Source: a virus. From it: a stretch of 41,684 nucleotides of DNA. The number at the start of each line of letters is the position of its first letter. The first letter of the stretch is position 1. Shown piece by piece: positions 34,289 to 41,623 of this stretch. The notes below the pieces were generated by a model, which worked only from the letters and a program-made list of their open reading frames with translations, had not been told where the DNA came from and ran no database searches. The stretch is taken from positions 1 to 41,684 of the IMG/VR virus record IMGVR_UViG_3300014135_000001. One strand, written 5' to 3'. The position numbers and the translations under genes were made by a program.

Positions 34289-35658
34289 ATAACAGCCCTC
34301 ATTTCTGCCCAGTTAGGTAACACCATCGGCACACACGGATTGTATTCCGTTGATTCCCGTCTAGTTTTAGATAATTCAGTACGAACAGCGTCACGAGTAA
34401 GCGCAATCATAGCGTCCCTCATTTTTATAGCATCCGCTTCCTTACGTTCGATGTTTGCTTTAACCGCGCCCTCCTTTTCGGAGATTACGATATATGCGTT
34501 CACCTCATGCTTCTGGCCAAATCGCCAGCATCGGCGAAGTGCTTGATAATACTGTTCATAACTATCGGATAGCCCAACAAATATCATATTGTGGCAGTTT
34601 TGCCAGTTCATTCCGAATCCGGCGATACTTGGCTTTGTTACCAAACATTTTAGGAATCCAGAACCAAAACCTAACATCATGCCCTGTTTTCGAGTTGCCT
34701 TATCACTACCTTTGACATCCTCTGCGAGATCAATCATTTCTTTCAAAGTGGTCGATTCATCATTAAGGTCGCACCACACTAGCCATTGCTCATTAGATGC
34801 ATTGACTAAATCAGCTGCTGCTCTACATCTTGATTCAAGAGATGCTTTGCGAGCCCTGCGGCGTTCCAGTAAGGATAAAGTAGGGACATCCTCACCTGTT
34901 TTATCAACAACAATTTCATGTACGTGTAAATCAGGCAATTCGTAACCATCATCTTCATAACCCAGGGATGCCGGATTATCTAGCACTACTGCCCATGACG
35001 CCATCCACTCCCAAAAGGTATTCTCTGCATGGCCTTTTAATCGCCATTTAGCGGTATCACTACCATCGTGCGTGAAATACATGGATAGCATCTCATTACG
35101 GCTCATAATGCCAAGGAACTCCGCATGATTGCCAAGCTCCATATAGTCATTTGGAGCAGGTGTTGCTGTACACGCCAGCCGATATGGTGTATTACTGAAT
35201 CGATTTATTAAATCCGTACGTACTTTACCAGTAAATGACTTTAGGATACTCGATTCATCAAGCACGACACCTATCAGATTATCGGTATTAAATCGGCCCA
35301 ATTTCTCGTAATTCGTAATATTAACGCCTGGTACAATGTCATCATCGGATTCGCATATAGTCACAGGAATATCGAAACGTTCACCCTCAGACTGTGTTTG
35401 AGCGGCCACAGCTAGTGGTGCTAATATGAGTACTGATCCACCTGTATGTAGATAAATCTCATACGCCCAGGACAGCTGCATTAAAGTTTTACCTAATCCA
35501 CAATCCGCAAATATGGCGGCTTTACCTTTTGCCAAAGCCCACTTAACGATATCTCGTTGAAAGTCAAATAAATGTTTGTTTAACATATTTGCGTCAATAA
35601 CAAATCCATGAGATTCCGACATTTTAGACTTGGAGTTGATGAAAGCGTTATAATTCAT
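34285..35658 (-). CDS. SNF2/DEAD-like helicase (first of two)
   Basis: 457 aa. ADCGLGKT (motif I), VVLDESSILKS (motif II), CTATPAPNDYMELG, RRCWRFGQ (motif VI). Confidence 0.85.
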   Translation of the reverse strand: MNYNAFINSKSKMSESHGFVIDANMLNKHLFDFQRDIVKWALAKGKAAIFADCGLGKTLMQLSWAYEIYLHTGGSVLILAPLAVAAQTQSEGERFDIPVTICESDDDIVPGVNITNYEKLGRFNTDNLIGVVLDESSILKSFTGKVRTDLINRFSNTPYRLACTATPAPNDYMELGNHAEFLGIMSRNEMLSMYFTHDGSDTAKWRLKGHAENTFWEWMASWAVVLDNPASLGYEDDGYELPDLHVHEIVVDKTGEDVPTLSLLERRRARKASLESRCRAAADLVNASNEQWLVWCDLNDESTTLKEMIDLAEDVKGSDKATRKQGMMLGFGSGFLKCLVTKPSIAGFGMNWQNCHNMIFVGLSDSYEQYYQALRRCWRFGQKHEVNAYIVISEKEGAVKANIERKEADAIKMRDAMIALTRDAVRTELSKTRRESTEYNPCVPMVLPNWAEMRAVI

Positions 35659-36103
35659 TGACAGACGCCTTTACAGATTCATACTCAGTAAGTAATGCCG
35701 AGAATTCCGGATTATCTTTTGCAAGTAACCGATACATGGTCAAGCGCTCAGCGTTCTTAGCATTTTGTTCGAGTTTCTTTTCTATGTCCTCCAATTTAGC
35801 TCGATCGCTTTCACGTTTATCGCATTTAGAAGTATCGATAACTGCAATGACCTGTTTAACTACATTTCCTTTGAAACCTTGCATCCGAACAGTATCAAGG
35901 TCTTTTGCTTTTTTCAAAACACGAGCAACGCCTAGTCCATTTCTTGATTTAACAACAACCCAATCACCGACACCAATGTTGTCGATTGGAACATTTGTAT
36001 CGGATTCGTAATATCTAAACCAAAATTCATCTGGGCTATGTACAGGTGTGTTATTTTGCCAGTAATAATCACTGGTATCGTAAGTAACTAATAGGAATTC
36101 CAT
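35648..36103 (-). CDS. Hypothetical early protein
   Basis: 151-aa ORF with a C-terminal coiled coil. SD AAAGGA. Confidence 0.7.
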   Translation of the reverse strand: MEFLLVTYDTSDYYWQNNTPVHSPDEFWFRYYESDTNVPIDNIGVGDWVVVKSRNGLGVARVLKKAKDLDTVRMQGFKGNVVKQVIAVIDTSKCDKRESDRAKLEDIEKKLEQNAKNAERLTMYRLLAKDNPEFSALLTEYESVKASVNEL

Positions 36104-36143
36104 AATATGTCCTTTCTGTGGTATACTTTAAGTGGATATTTTT

Positions 36144-36257
36144 CTAATTTGAGCTTGTTGATGTTGCCGCATCATCAGGCTCATTTTTCATGCCCAAATC
36201 CTCGCATTCATCAGGAATGCAATAATCTCGTTTTGGACAGGTACTACAATTTCGCAA
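36144..36257 (-). CDS. Possible Cys-rich mini-protein (37 aa, TTG start)
   Basis: (M)RNCSTCPKRDYCIPDECEDLGMKNEPDDAATSTSSN. It fills an otherwise empty 155-nt gap. The start codon and SD are weak. Confidence 0.3.
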   Translation of the reverse strand: MRNCSTCPKRDYCIPDECEDLGMKNEPDDAATSTSSN

Positions 36258-36258
36258 T

Positions 36259-36765
36259 TTAATCACCACCTTTCAAAGCGCTTAAATCAAGCACCATCTC
36301 CGGCTTCCTATTTTCCCATGTGTAATAATCTAGGCCTGCTTCTCTTAACGCATCTGCAGCAGCTCTACCTGTTTGTGCTTCATCAATAATTCTGTAAGCG
36401 CTTTGTCTGGCGTTGCGTACTTTTGATAGTCGTTCCACGAATGGCTTTAACAGTTCACAAATTGAGGCCCATTCTTTTAGTGGTTCATTATAGAAGCTCT
36501 TACCTCGACTAATCATGCGATCAATTAAAAATTCCGACTTCGGAATACTAGCCAAAACGCTATCACCAAACCCCACTTGTTTAATTTCTCTAGCAGCTTT
36601 CCGTGCTTCGGATAGAGCCTCTTCTAAACGCTTAAAGGCATCTAGCGATTTAATTTCTTGAGTCAATAGAGCTTCGTATTCTTTTTCAATTGCATCGGTT
36701 TTCTCAGAACTAACACGAGATACGAAGTTCCTTATTTTTTGTTTACTGATATAAGGTTTTGTCAT
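36259..36765 (-). CDS. Hypothetical helical early protein
   Basis: Start at ATG 36765 behind AAAAGGAGA. 168 aa. Confidence 0.7.
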   Translation of the reverse strand: MTKPYISKQKIRNFVSRVSSEKTDAIEKEYEALLTQEIKSLDAFKRLEEALSEARKAAREIKQVGFGDSVLASIPKSEFLIDRMISRGKSFYNEPLKEWASICELLKPFVERLSKVRNARQSAYRIIDEAQTGRAAADALREAGLDYYTWENRKPEMVLDLSALKGGD

Positions 36766-36778
36766 TTTCTGTCTCCTT

Positions 36779-37012
36779 TTAGTTGTAATAAGGGTTTTTA
36801 CAATAATCACCGTGAGTTCTCACTCTTGGGATGTATGTGACATCTTCCTGCTCTTCTGCGTCAACTTCTGCCATATCTTTTTTAAATCCGTATAGGGATA
36901 TAACCAGTCCGATTAACGATTGCAATATGAACTGTTCCCATCCAATTTGGTCGAGTTCTAAGGCTCCCATAGAACCTGCGACCAAAAACGTGCCAATTAA
37001 CATATAACCCAT
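36779..37012 (-). CDS. Small membrane protein (2 TM)
   Basis: 77 aa. SD AAAGGAGA. MLIGTFLVAGSMGAL and FILQSLIGLVISLYGF. Confidence 0.7.
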   Translation of the reverse strand: MGYMLIGTFLVAGSMGALELDQIGWEQFILQSLIGLVISLYGFKKDMAEVDAEEQEDVTYIPRVRTHGDYCKNPYYN

Positions 37013-37025
37013 AAATTGATCTCCT

Positions 37026-37106
37026 TTATATCGTCACCATTGATAAAATAGATGCTACTGCTGCTGCAGCTAAGCTCAAATGCATTCCTGCATCAATCCA
37101 TGTCAT
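37026..37106 (-). CDS. Possible 26-aa hydrophobic peptide
   Basis: MTWIDAGMHLSLAAAAVASILSMVTI. ATG at 37106 lies 5 nt after TAGGAGGA. Confidence 0.4.
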   Translation of the reverse strand: MTWIDAGMHLSLAAAAVASILSMVTI

Positions 37107-37116
37107 GATTATCCTC

Positions 37117-37356
37117 CTAATGAATTCCTGCGGATTTAAATTCCGCATCAACTACTTTCACATCCCAACCTAGCGAATGGACAAGGAATGTTCTAAATCC
37201 CTCTTTATCGATAACAAAGCTTCGGGATTTCTTACCCGGCGACTGCCAGGCATATGCGAACGGGAATCGGTCTCTTGCGATTCCCTCTCGGGTTGCCGTT
37301 AGGCTAACACCAAGTACAGCCGACATTTGAGCGACCGAAATTACTTTTTTAATCAT
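37117..37356 (-). CDS. Excisionase-family (HTH_17-like) DNA-binding protein
   Basis: Start at ATG 37356 behind AAGGAGGGG. ISVAQMSAVLGVSLTATREGIARDRFPFAYA...FVIDKEGFRTFL. Confidence 0.65.
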   Translation of the reverse strand: MIKKVISVAQMSAVLGVSLTATREGIARDRFPFAYAWQSPGKKSRSFVIDKEGFRTFLVHSLGWDVKVVDAEFKSAGIH

Positions 37357-37605
37357 GTGCACTGCCCCTCCTTTCATATAGCTTTTAAAATCATTCTGAT
37401 TTCTTGGCCTACTTGTAAACGATCTTTAAAGGTATCTTGATTACGAAAATCATCCATGTAAACTTCTAACATCTCTCGGTATATAGATGCTTTGAAGCTT
37501 TCTGGTTTCTCTACATCTTCTCGATTTCTTTAACATCCTTCAGTGCCTTGAACATCGACGCGTACCCCATGAGGCGGTCGAAGCATTTAAAAAAGCATAC
37601 AAGAG

Positions 37606-37764
37606 TTACGGTAAGACCATTTCAGTAGAGTAAGGTCTCCGGTATGGGATATTGACGGTAATAGTACAATCCACATTGTGCTTTTCCTCAATATCCTTTA
37701 CCTGTTTAATGACGTCGCTAACATGGATTTCATTAACTCCTACAGTTACGATATTTATTTTCAT
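37606..37764 (-). CDS. Hypothetical small early protein
   Basis: Start at ATG 37764 behind GGAAAGGAGAA. 52 aa. Confidence 0.6.
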   Translation of the reverse strand: MKINIVTVGVNEIHVSDVIKQVKDIEEKHNVDCTITVNIPYRRPYSTEMVLP

Positions 37765-37792
37765 AATGTTCTCCTTTCCTTCAATGTGTTGC

Positions 37793-38011
37793 CTATCGGG
37801 TATTTCCATATGCAGATTCTGATGCGATTAAATCAGCCAACGGAATCTGATAAACTTTTGAGAACGCCTTTAAAGTTGCCACGCTAAGGCTTTTCTGTCT
37901 TTTGCCAGTCTCTAAATTTGATAAATAATTTTGAGACATAAAAAGCTTACTTGCCGCCTCAACCTGGGTGAGCCTTTTTTTATTTCTGGCGTCAATCAAG
38001 TACTGTCTCAT
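37793..38011 (-). CDS. cro: Cro-like XRE-family HTH regulator
   Basis: 72 aa. LTQVEAASKLFMSQNYLSNLETGKR. Divergent from the repressor gene. SD AAAAGGAGGTGA. Confidence 0.85.
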   Translation of the reverse strand: MRQYLIDARNKKRLTQVEAASKLFMSQNYLSNLETGKRQKSLSVATLKAFSKVYQIPLADLIASESAYGNTR

Positions 38012-38036
38012 CCAATCACCTCCTTTTATACCTAAA

Positions 38037-38055
38037 ATATCTCAATTTGTGATAT
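38037..38055. promoter_or_regulatory. Operator O1, ATATCTCAATTTGTGATAT
   Basis: 19-bp site with inverted arms ATATCTC / GTGATAT, just downstream of the cro promoter -10 element. Confidence 0.7.
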
Positions 38056-38056
38056 T

Positions 38057-38085
38057 AGTATATCTCAATTTGAGATTATCGTCAA
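38057..38085 (-). promoter_or_regulatory. Early (cro-side) promoter, TTGACG-17-TATACT
   Basis: On the minus strand the -35 is at 38085..38080 and the -10 at 38062..38057, with an exactly 17-nt spacer that contains O2. Confidence 0.7.
38060..38079. promoter_or_regulatory. Operator O2, ATATCTCAATTTGAGATTAT
   Basis: The left 13 nt are identical to O1. The right arm is degenerate. Confidence 0.6.
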
Positions 38086-38093
38086 CAATATAT

Positions 38094-38122
38094 TTGAAAA
38101 ATATCGCTATATGTGATATTGT
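38094..38122 (+). promoter_or_regulatory. Repressor-maintenance promoter, TTGAAA-17-TATTGT
   Basis: -35 at 38094..38099, -10 at 38117..38122, 17-nt spacer. O3 overlaps the spacer and the -10. Confidence 0.6.
38101..38119. promoter_or_regulatory. Operator O3, ATATCGCTATATGTGATAT
   Basis: 16 of 19 positions identical to O1, with the same ATATC...GATAT arms. Confidence 0.65.
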
Positions 38123-38154
38123 GTAAGCAGGGAAACTTTTAAGGAGGAATACTT

Positions 38155-39084
38155 ATGAAATTAAGACAATTACGCCACATGTTAGGGCTTAGTCAACTAC
38201 AGTTCGCCGAAGACTTAGGTGTTGCTCAAAATACATTAAGTAATTATGAATCTGAGAAGAGACAAATTCCTTTGGATTTGCTAAAGCGCATCGCGGAACG
38301 CTATGATGTTACTGTTGATTACCTAACAGATTCGGACCTGATAGCCGATGACCGCATCCCGAGGGCGTTAATCAATGAAAGAGTTAGCTCAGGTTTATCC
38401 CTTCAGGACCTGTCAAAAATAACAAAAATCCCCAAGGAAGACCTTGAGGATTATGAGGCAGAGATAGAGCCCATTAATTTGTTTTTACTCAAAAAATTAT
38501 GCGATGTGTATGGTAAAAGTTTGTCCCAGTTCTATATGGATAACGACCTGTATGATGAATATATCCCGAGCGTGTTTAACGGCGATTCAGACAGGTTTGA
38601 ACAGTTCGAATCAGCCAGCCGTTTTGACGCAGAATCTGATGCGTTCATAGATATGGTTCACCTCAACAATTACAAATACGTACCCTCCGCAGTATCTGCA
38701 GGGGCGTTAACTAATATAGAGGGTATTAGCACCCTCCCTACCGTATCAGTCCCAGACTTAATGATGGGTCGTTACGCAGGCAATAAGAATATTATACTTA
38801 TGTCGGTTAACGGTGAAAGCATGAACAACGTTATCCAAAACGGCGCTATTATCGCAGTATTAAGAAATATAGAACTACCAGATATCCATGATGGCGATAT
38901 TGTTGTTATTAAAAATGGGGGCGAATATACAGTTAAAAGATTCTACAATGATATCGAACACCAGGAATTCGTATTTAAACCCGATAGTAGCATACTATCG
39001 TTTAGAGATATTATATTTAGATATGATGCATCTGACGATTTATATTTAGTAGGTAAGGTTGTAATGTATAATGTAACTTTATAA
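38155..39084 (+). CDS. cI: CI-like repressor: two XRE HTH domains plus an S24 (LexA-like) autopeptidase domain
   Basis: 309 aa. SD AAGGAGGAA. HTH1 LSQLQFAEDLGVAQNTLSNYESEKR. HTH2 LSLQDLSKITKIPKEDLEDYEAEIE. Candidate Ala-Gly cleavage site VSAGAL. Catalytic Ser in VNGESM and Lys in YTVKRF. Confidence 0.9.
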   Translation: MKLRQLRHMLGLSQLQFAEDLGVAQNTLSNYESEKRQIPLDLLKRIAERYDVTVDYLTDSDLIADDRIPRALINERVSSGLSLQDLSKITKIPKEDLEDYEAEIEPINLFLLKKLCDVYGKSLSQFYMDNDLYDEYIPSVFNGDSDRFEQFESASRFDAESDAFIDMVHLNNYKYVPSAVSAGALTNIEGISTLPTVSVPDLMMGRYAGNKNIILMSVNGESMNNVIQNGAIIAVLRNIELPDIHDGDIVVIKNGGEYTVKRFYNDIEHQEFVFKPDSSILSFRDIIFRYDASDDLYLVGKVVMYNVTL

Positions 39085-39109
39085 GATTATTTAACAGAGG
39101 AGATAAGCA

Positions 39110-39742
39110 ATGAAATTCTATAAAATTTTATCTATCACAGTATTATTTGCAGCATTTGCTGGTTCTTCATTTGCACAATTTATCGATGTAACCTCGGATA
39201 CATACAACAAAATATGGAGTGTTGGCCAATCATATAAGACGGACCGAAAATTAGAAAATCCTGTCAATTACGGTGTTGAACTTCGGAGTGGCGCAGGCGG
39301 TGCGGCCGTATTAGTTACACCTGGCACAATCACAAAGTACATTGCTTACTCTAAAGACGACCGCCTTATTTTTCCAGACGAATCTTTTAAAAAAACCGTA
39401 CTAAACAGTAATGACTATGTATACATAGCTACATATGCACTTCATCTTAAAAATCCATTAGCCGGTACAGTAATGCCTCAACTACCATCACAACGATTAC
39501 TTATAGAAAAAGACAATCAGTATATAATCCCAGTAGCGATGGATACCAAAATCTATGATTTGATGCCGCATAGCTATGCCCTTGTCTACTATGCAATACC
39601 TAAACAAATAATTATGAACCCACCATATACTATCAAATTTATTAATGGAAATGGCGATAAAATTGAAATACCTATTAACTCTGATAAATTAGCAGAACTT
39701 ATGGACAAAGAAAATAAATTAGTCTATAAGACAAATGATTAA
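39110..39742 (+). CDS. Secreted / periplasmic protein of unknown function (lysogeny-module moron)
   Basis: 210 aa. SD AGAGGAGA. Signal peptide MKFYKILSITVLFAAFAGSSFA-QF. By eye the gene is more AT-rich than its neighbours. It sits between the repressor and integrase and has its own downstream hairpin. Confidence 0.8.
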   Translation: MKFYKILSITVLFAAFAGSSFAQFIDVTSDTYNKIWSVGQSYKTDRKLENPVNYGVELRSGAGGAAVLVTPGTITKYIAYSKDDRLIFPDESFKKTVLNSNDYVYIATYALHLKNPLAGTVMPQLPSQRLLIEKDNQYIIPVAMDTKIYDLMPHSYALVYYAIPKQIIMNPPYTIKFINGNGDKIEIPINSDKLAELMDKENKLVYKTND

Positions 39743-39747
39743 TAAAC

Positions 39748-39785
39748 GTAAGCCCCTATCCGATATGATTCAGATAGGGGCTTAC
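39748..39785 (+). terminator. Hairpin terminator after the moron
   Basis: 13-bp stem gtaagcccctatc / gataggggcttac with a 12-nt loop. The T-tract is weak (attta). Confidence 0.55.
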
Positions 39786-39808
39786 ATTTACAGGAAGGAT
39801 ATATAATT

Positions 39809-40891
39809 ATGGCCATGAAACGCGCCAACGGTACAGGCACCGTATATAAGATGAAACATAAGCTCCTACGTAAGCCATATCGAGCCGTGGTGACTCTCGG
39901 ATACAATTCCGAGGGTAAACCCTTACGAAAATCCATAGGCACCTTTGCGACGCAAAAAGAAGCGTATAATGCCCTATCAGCTTATGACGCTAACGCCCCG
40001 CAATACGAGACCAAGGATACAACCTTTGGCCAATGTTGGGAATGGATGATCGAAGATAAGATGCGCAAAGGGGTACAACTAGACAAAGGCGGTTACCCTC
40101 ACAATAAAAAGAAAATGCTACATCTTATGAATATCCCCATTAAAAATATTAGATTAGCCCATCTACAAGCAATTATTGATGATCATAGCCACATGAGCGG
40201 GCCTGCGTTAGCACAGATTAAAACAGCCATGAACGGATGTTTTCTGGCAGCCATACGAAATGACATTGTTGACAAAAACTACGCTAGCCTAGTCACGTTG
40301 CCCGCAAAAGAAAAGTCAACTTTACATAAGCCATTTTTACCGGCAGAGATTTATGATTTATGGCAATTATCGAATACAGATGAATATGCAAGAATCATGT
40401 TATGCTTAATATACACAGGCATGCGACCTGGCGAAATTAAGTCAATAAAATTTACTGATGTGCATATAAAGGAACGCTATATGATTGGCGGTATTAAAAC
40501 GGATGCGAGTAAAAACCGCATCATACCGATAGCCAATTGTATTATGCCATTTATAAGAAAATGGTACAGCGCGAGTCGATTCGAGCACGGAGAGTATATG
40601 CTTCCGGCATCCACGCCTAAAAACATACAAATGGCGCTCAGCCGGTATTTAAAAATGAAAGTACCAGGGCATTTGCCCCATGACGGGAGACATACATTCG
40701 CCACTCTTCTTACACAGATAGGCACATCCGATGCTATGACAAAAACGCTAATGGGGCATTCGCATAAAGATGTTACGAATCAGGTGTATATTCATAGAGA
40801 CGTCGATGAATTGATATCCGTTGTTAACCAAATACCGCATGGCGAGGCGATATTATCTGTGAAGGATGTTATCAAAAGGCATGAAGGTTGA
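39809..40891 (+). CDS. int: Tyrosine recombinase / phage integrase
   Basis: 360 aa. N-terminus NGTGTVYK (arm-binding type). Catalytic region ..TGMRPGEI.., HDGRHTFATLL, GHSHKDVTNQVYIH (R-H-R-Y pattern). Confidence 0.9.
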   Translation: MAMKRANGTGTVYKMKHKLLRKPYRAVVTLGYNSEGKPLRKSIGTFATQKEAYNALSAYDANAPQYETKDTTFGQCWEWMIEDKMRKGVQLDKGGYPHNKKKMLHLMNIPIKNIRLAHLQAIIDDHSHMSGPALAQIKTAMNGCFLAAIRNDIVDKNYASLVTLPAKEKSTLHKPFLPAEIYDLWQLSNTDEYARIMLCLIYTGMRPGEIKSIKFTDVHIKERYMIGGIKTDASKNRIIPIANCIMPFIRKWYSASRFEHGEYMLPASTPKNIQMALSRYLKMKVPGHLPHDGRHTFATLLTQIGTSDAMTKTLMGHSHKDVTNQVYIHRDVDELISVVNQIPHGEAILSVKDVIKRHEG

Positions 40892-40907
40892 GCAACGGTT
40901 GAGCAAC
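40887..40907 (+). repeat. Tandem pair of GTTGAGCAAC, candidate integrase arm sites (left)
   Basis: GTTGAGCAAC at 40887 and 40898, an 11-nt period. The first copy overlaps the int stop codon. Confidence 0.6.
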
Positions 40908-40946
40908 TGATTAAATTTTAAAGAATTTTAGCCGATTTATAAAAAC

Positions 40947-40984
40947 AAAGAACCCAGTAGGCATCGATGCCTACTGGGTTCTTT
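40947..40984. terminator. Bidirectional terminator (38-nt perfect palindrome)
   Basis: AAAGAACCCAGTAGGCATCGATGCCTACTGGGTTCTTT, with A/T runs on both sides. Confidence 0.8.
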
Positions 40985-41072
40985 AAATGAAATTCTATAT
41001 ATCCCTTACATATGAATTTTATTATAAAAACATTGAGAATTCAACAATCGTTTGCGTTTTAGTGTGACAAAA

Positions 41073-41093
41073 GTTGAGCAACAGTTGAGCAAC
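41073..41093 (+). repeat. Tandem pair of GTTGAGCAAC, candidate integrase arm sites (right)
   Basis: GTTGAGCAAC at 41073 and 41084. Same orientation and 11-nt period as the left pair. Confidence 0.6.
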
Positions 41094-41122
41094 CGCTACA
41101 AATTTTGCAGAGATTTAGAGGC

Positions 41123-41362
41123 CTAATGTTCGTCTGACACGCTTTTTATTACACTACTTAAAGCGGATTCTTTTCCGTATAACCGTTCCATACCTTGACG
41201 AGTTACAAGCCACATTTTCCCCGACTTCTTAAACTCGCCTTCTTTAAATCCGTTCTTTACACGGCCTCTACAGTTCTGTTTAAGGGAATCGGCAGTAACC
41301 TTCCACCGTTCCGCAGCCTCTTGCGTTGTCATGATATCGTCTAGTTCGTATTTCAATTTCAT
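41123..41362 (-). CDS. Excisionase-family HTH DNA-binding protein (possible Xis or moron regulator)
   Basis: Start at ATG 41362; the track's GTG at 41365 is less likely. MTTQEAAERWKVTADSLKQNC...KSGKMWLVTRQGMERLYG. Confidence 0.7.
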   Translation of the reverse strand: MKLKYELDDIMTTQEAAERWKVTADSLKQNCRGRVKNGFKEGEFKKSGKMWLVTRQGMERLYGKESALSSVIKSVSDEH

Positions 41363-41442
41363 CACCTTCTAGCTAAACGCTTAATTGCTAGTATCAAAAT
41401 AATAATAGTCGCTATATTAATTAGCCATTCTAAATATTGCAT
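41362..41442 (-). CDS. 26-aa hydrophobic peptide translationally coupled to the HTH gene
   Basis: MQYLEWLINIATIIILILAIKRLARR. SD GAGGTGA 4 nt before ATG 41442. Its TGA stop overlaps the next ATG (TGATG). Confidence 0.45.
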   Translation of the reverse strand: MQYLEWLINIATIIILILAIKRLARR

Positions 41443-41479
41443 AATTCACCTCGTTGATTTACAATAATGTTGAAAAGGT

Positions 41480-41498
41480 GGCGGGGCTTTCACCCGCC
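41480..41498. terminator. Short GC hairpin between the two mini-ORFs, a possible attenuator or terminator
   Basis: GGCGGG (41480..41485) / CCCGCC (41493..41498) with a 7-nt loop. T5 follows on the plus strand and T4 on the minus strand. Confidence 0.45.
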
Positions 41499-41504
41499 CG
41501 CTTT

Positions 41505-41597
41505 TTAGTCTTTGCTAACAAGTTTTAAAATGATGATTGCTAGTGTCAGTAGCGTTAACTCATTTATTAAGCTTGTTAGCTCTTTTATTATGTCCAC
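41505..41597 (-). CDS. 30-aa hydrophobic peptide, first ORF of the moron transcript
   Basis: (M)DIIKELTSLINELTLLTLAIIILKLVSKD. GTG start 8 nt after AAAGGAGGTGA, about 20 nt downstream of the predicted transcription start. Confidence 0.45.
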   Translation of the reverse strand: MDIIKELTSLINELTLLTLAIIILKLVSKD

Positions 41598-41623
41598 TTT
41601 TATCACCTCCTTTCTACACCTTT

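Noticed and set aside
39739-39942. Minus-strand ORF overlapping the integrase start
   Set aside because: It is antisense to the integrase N-terminus and the terminator hairpin. It has no SD and an implausible sequence.
40442-40725. Minus-strand ORFs inside the integrase gene (40442..40630 and 40477..40725)
   Set aside because: They are antisense to the conserved catalytic region of the integrase and have no translation signals.
40985-41072. A tRNA fragment as the integration core
   Set aside because: The AT-rich segment has no tRNA-like stems and no TPsiC/acceptor-like sequence. No tRNA gene is visible anywhere in the window.
41362-41597. Declaring the two mini-ORFs a type I toxin-antitoxin system
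   Set aside because: I found no convincing antisense promoter on the plus strand. The best candidate hexamers, TTGCTA and TATATT, are 22 nt apart. The plus-strand orientation of the 41480..41498 hairpin is suggestive but not sufficient. This is kept only as one hypothesis within the moron finding.
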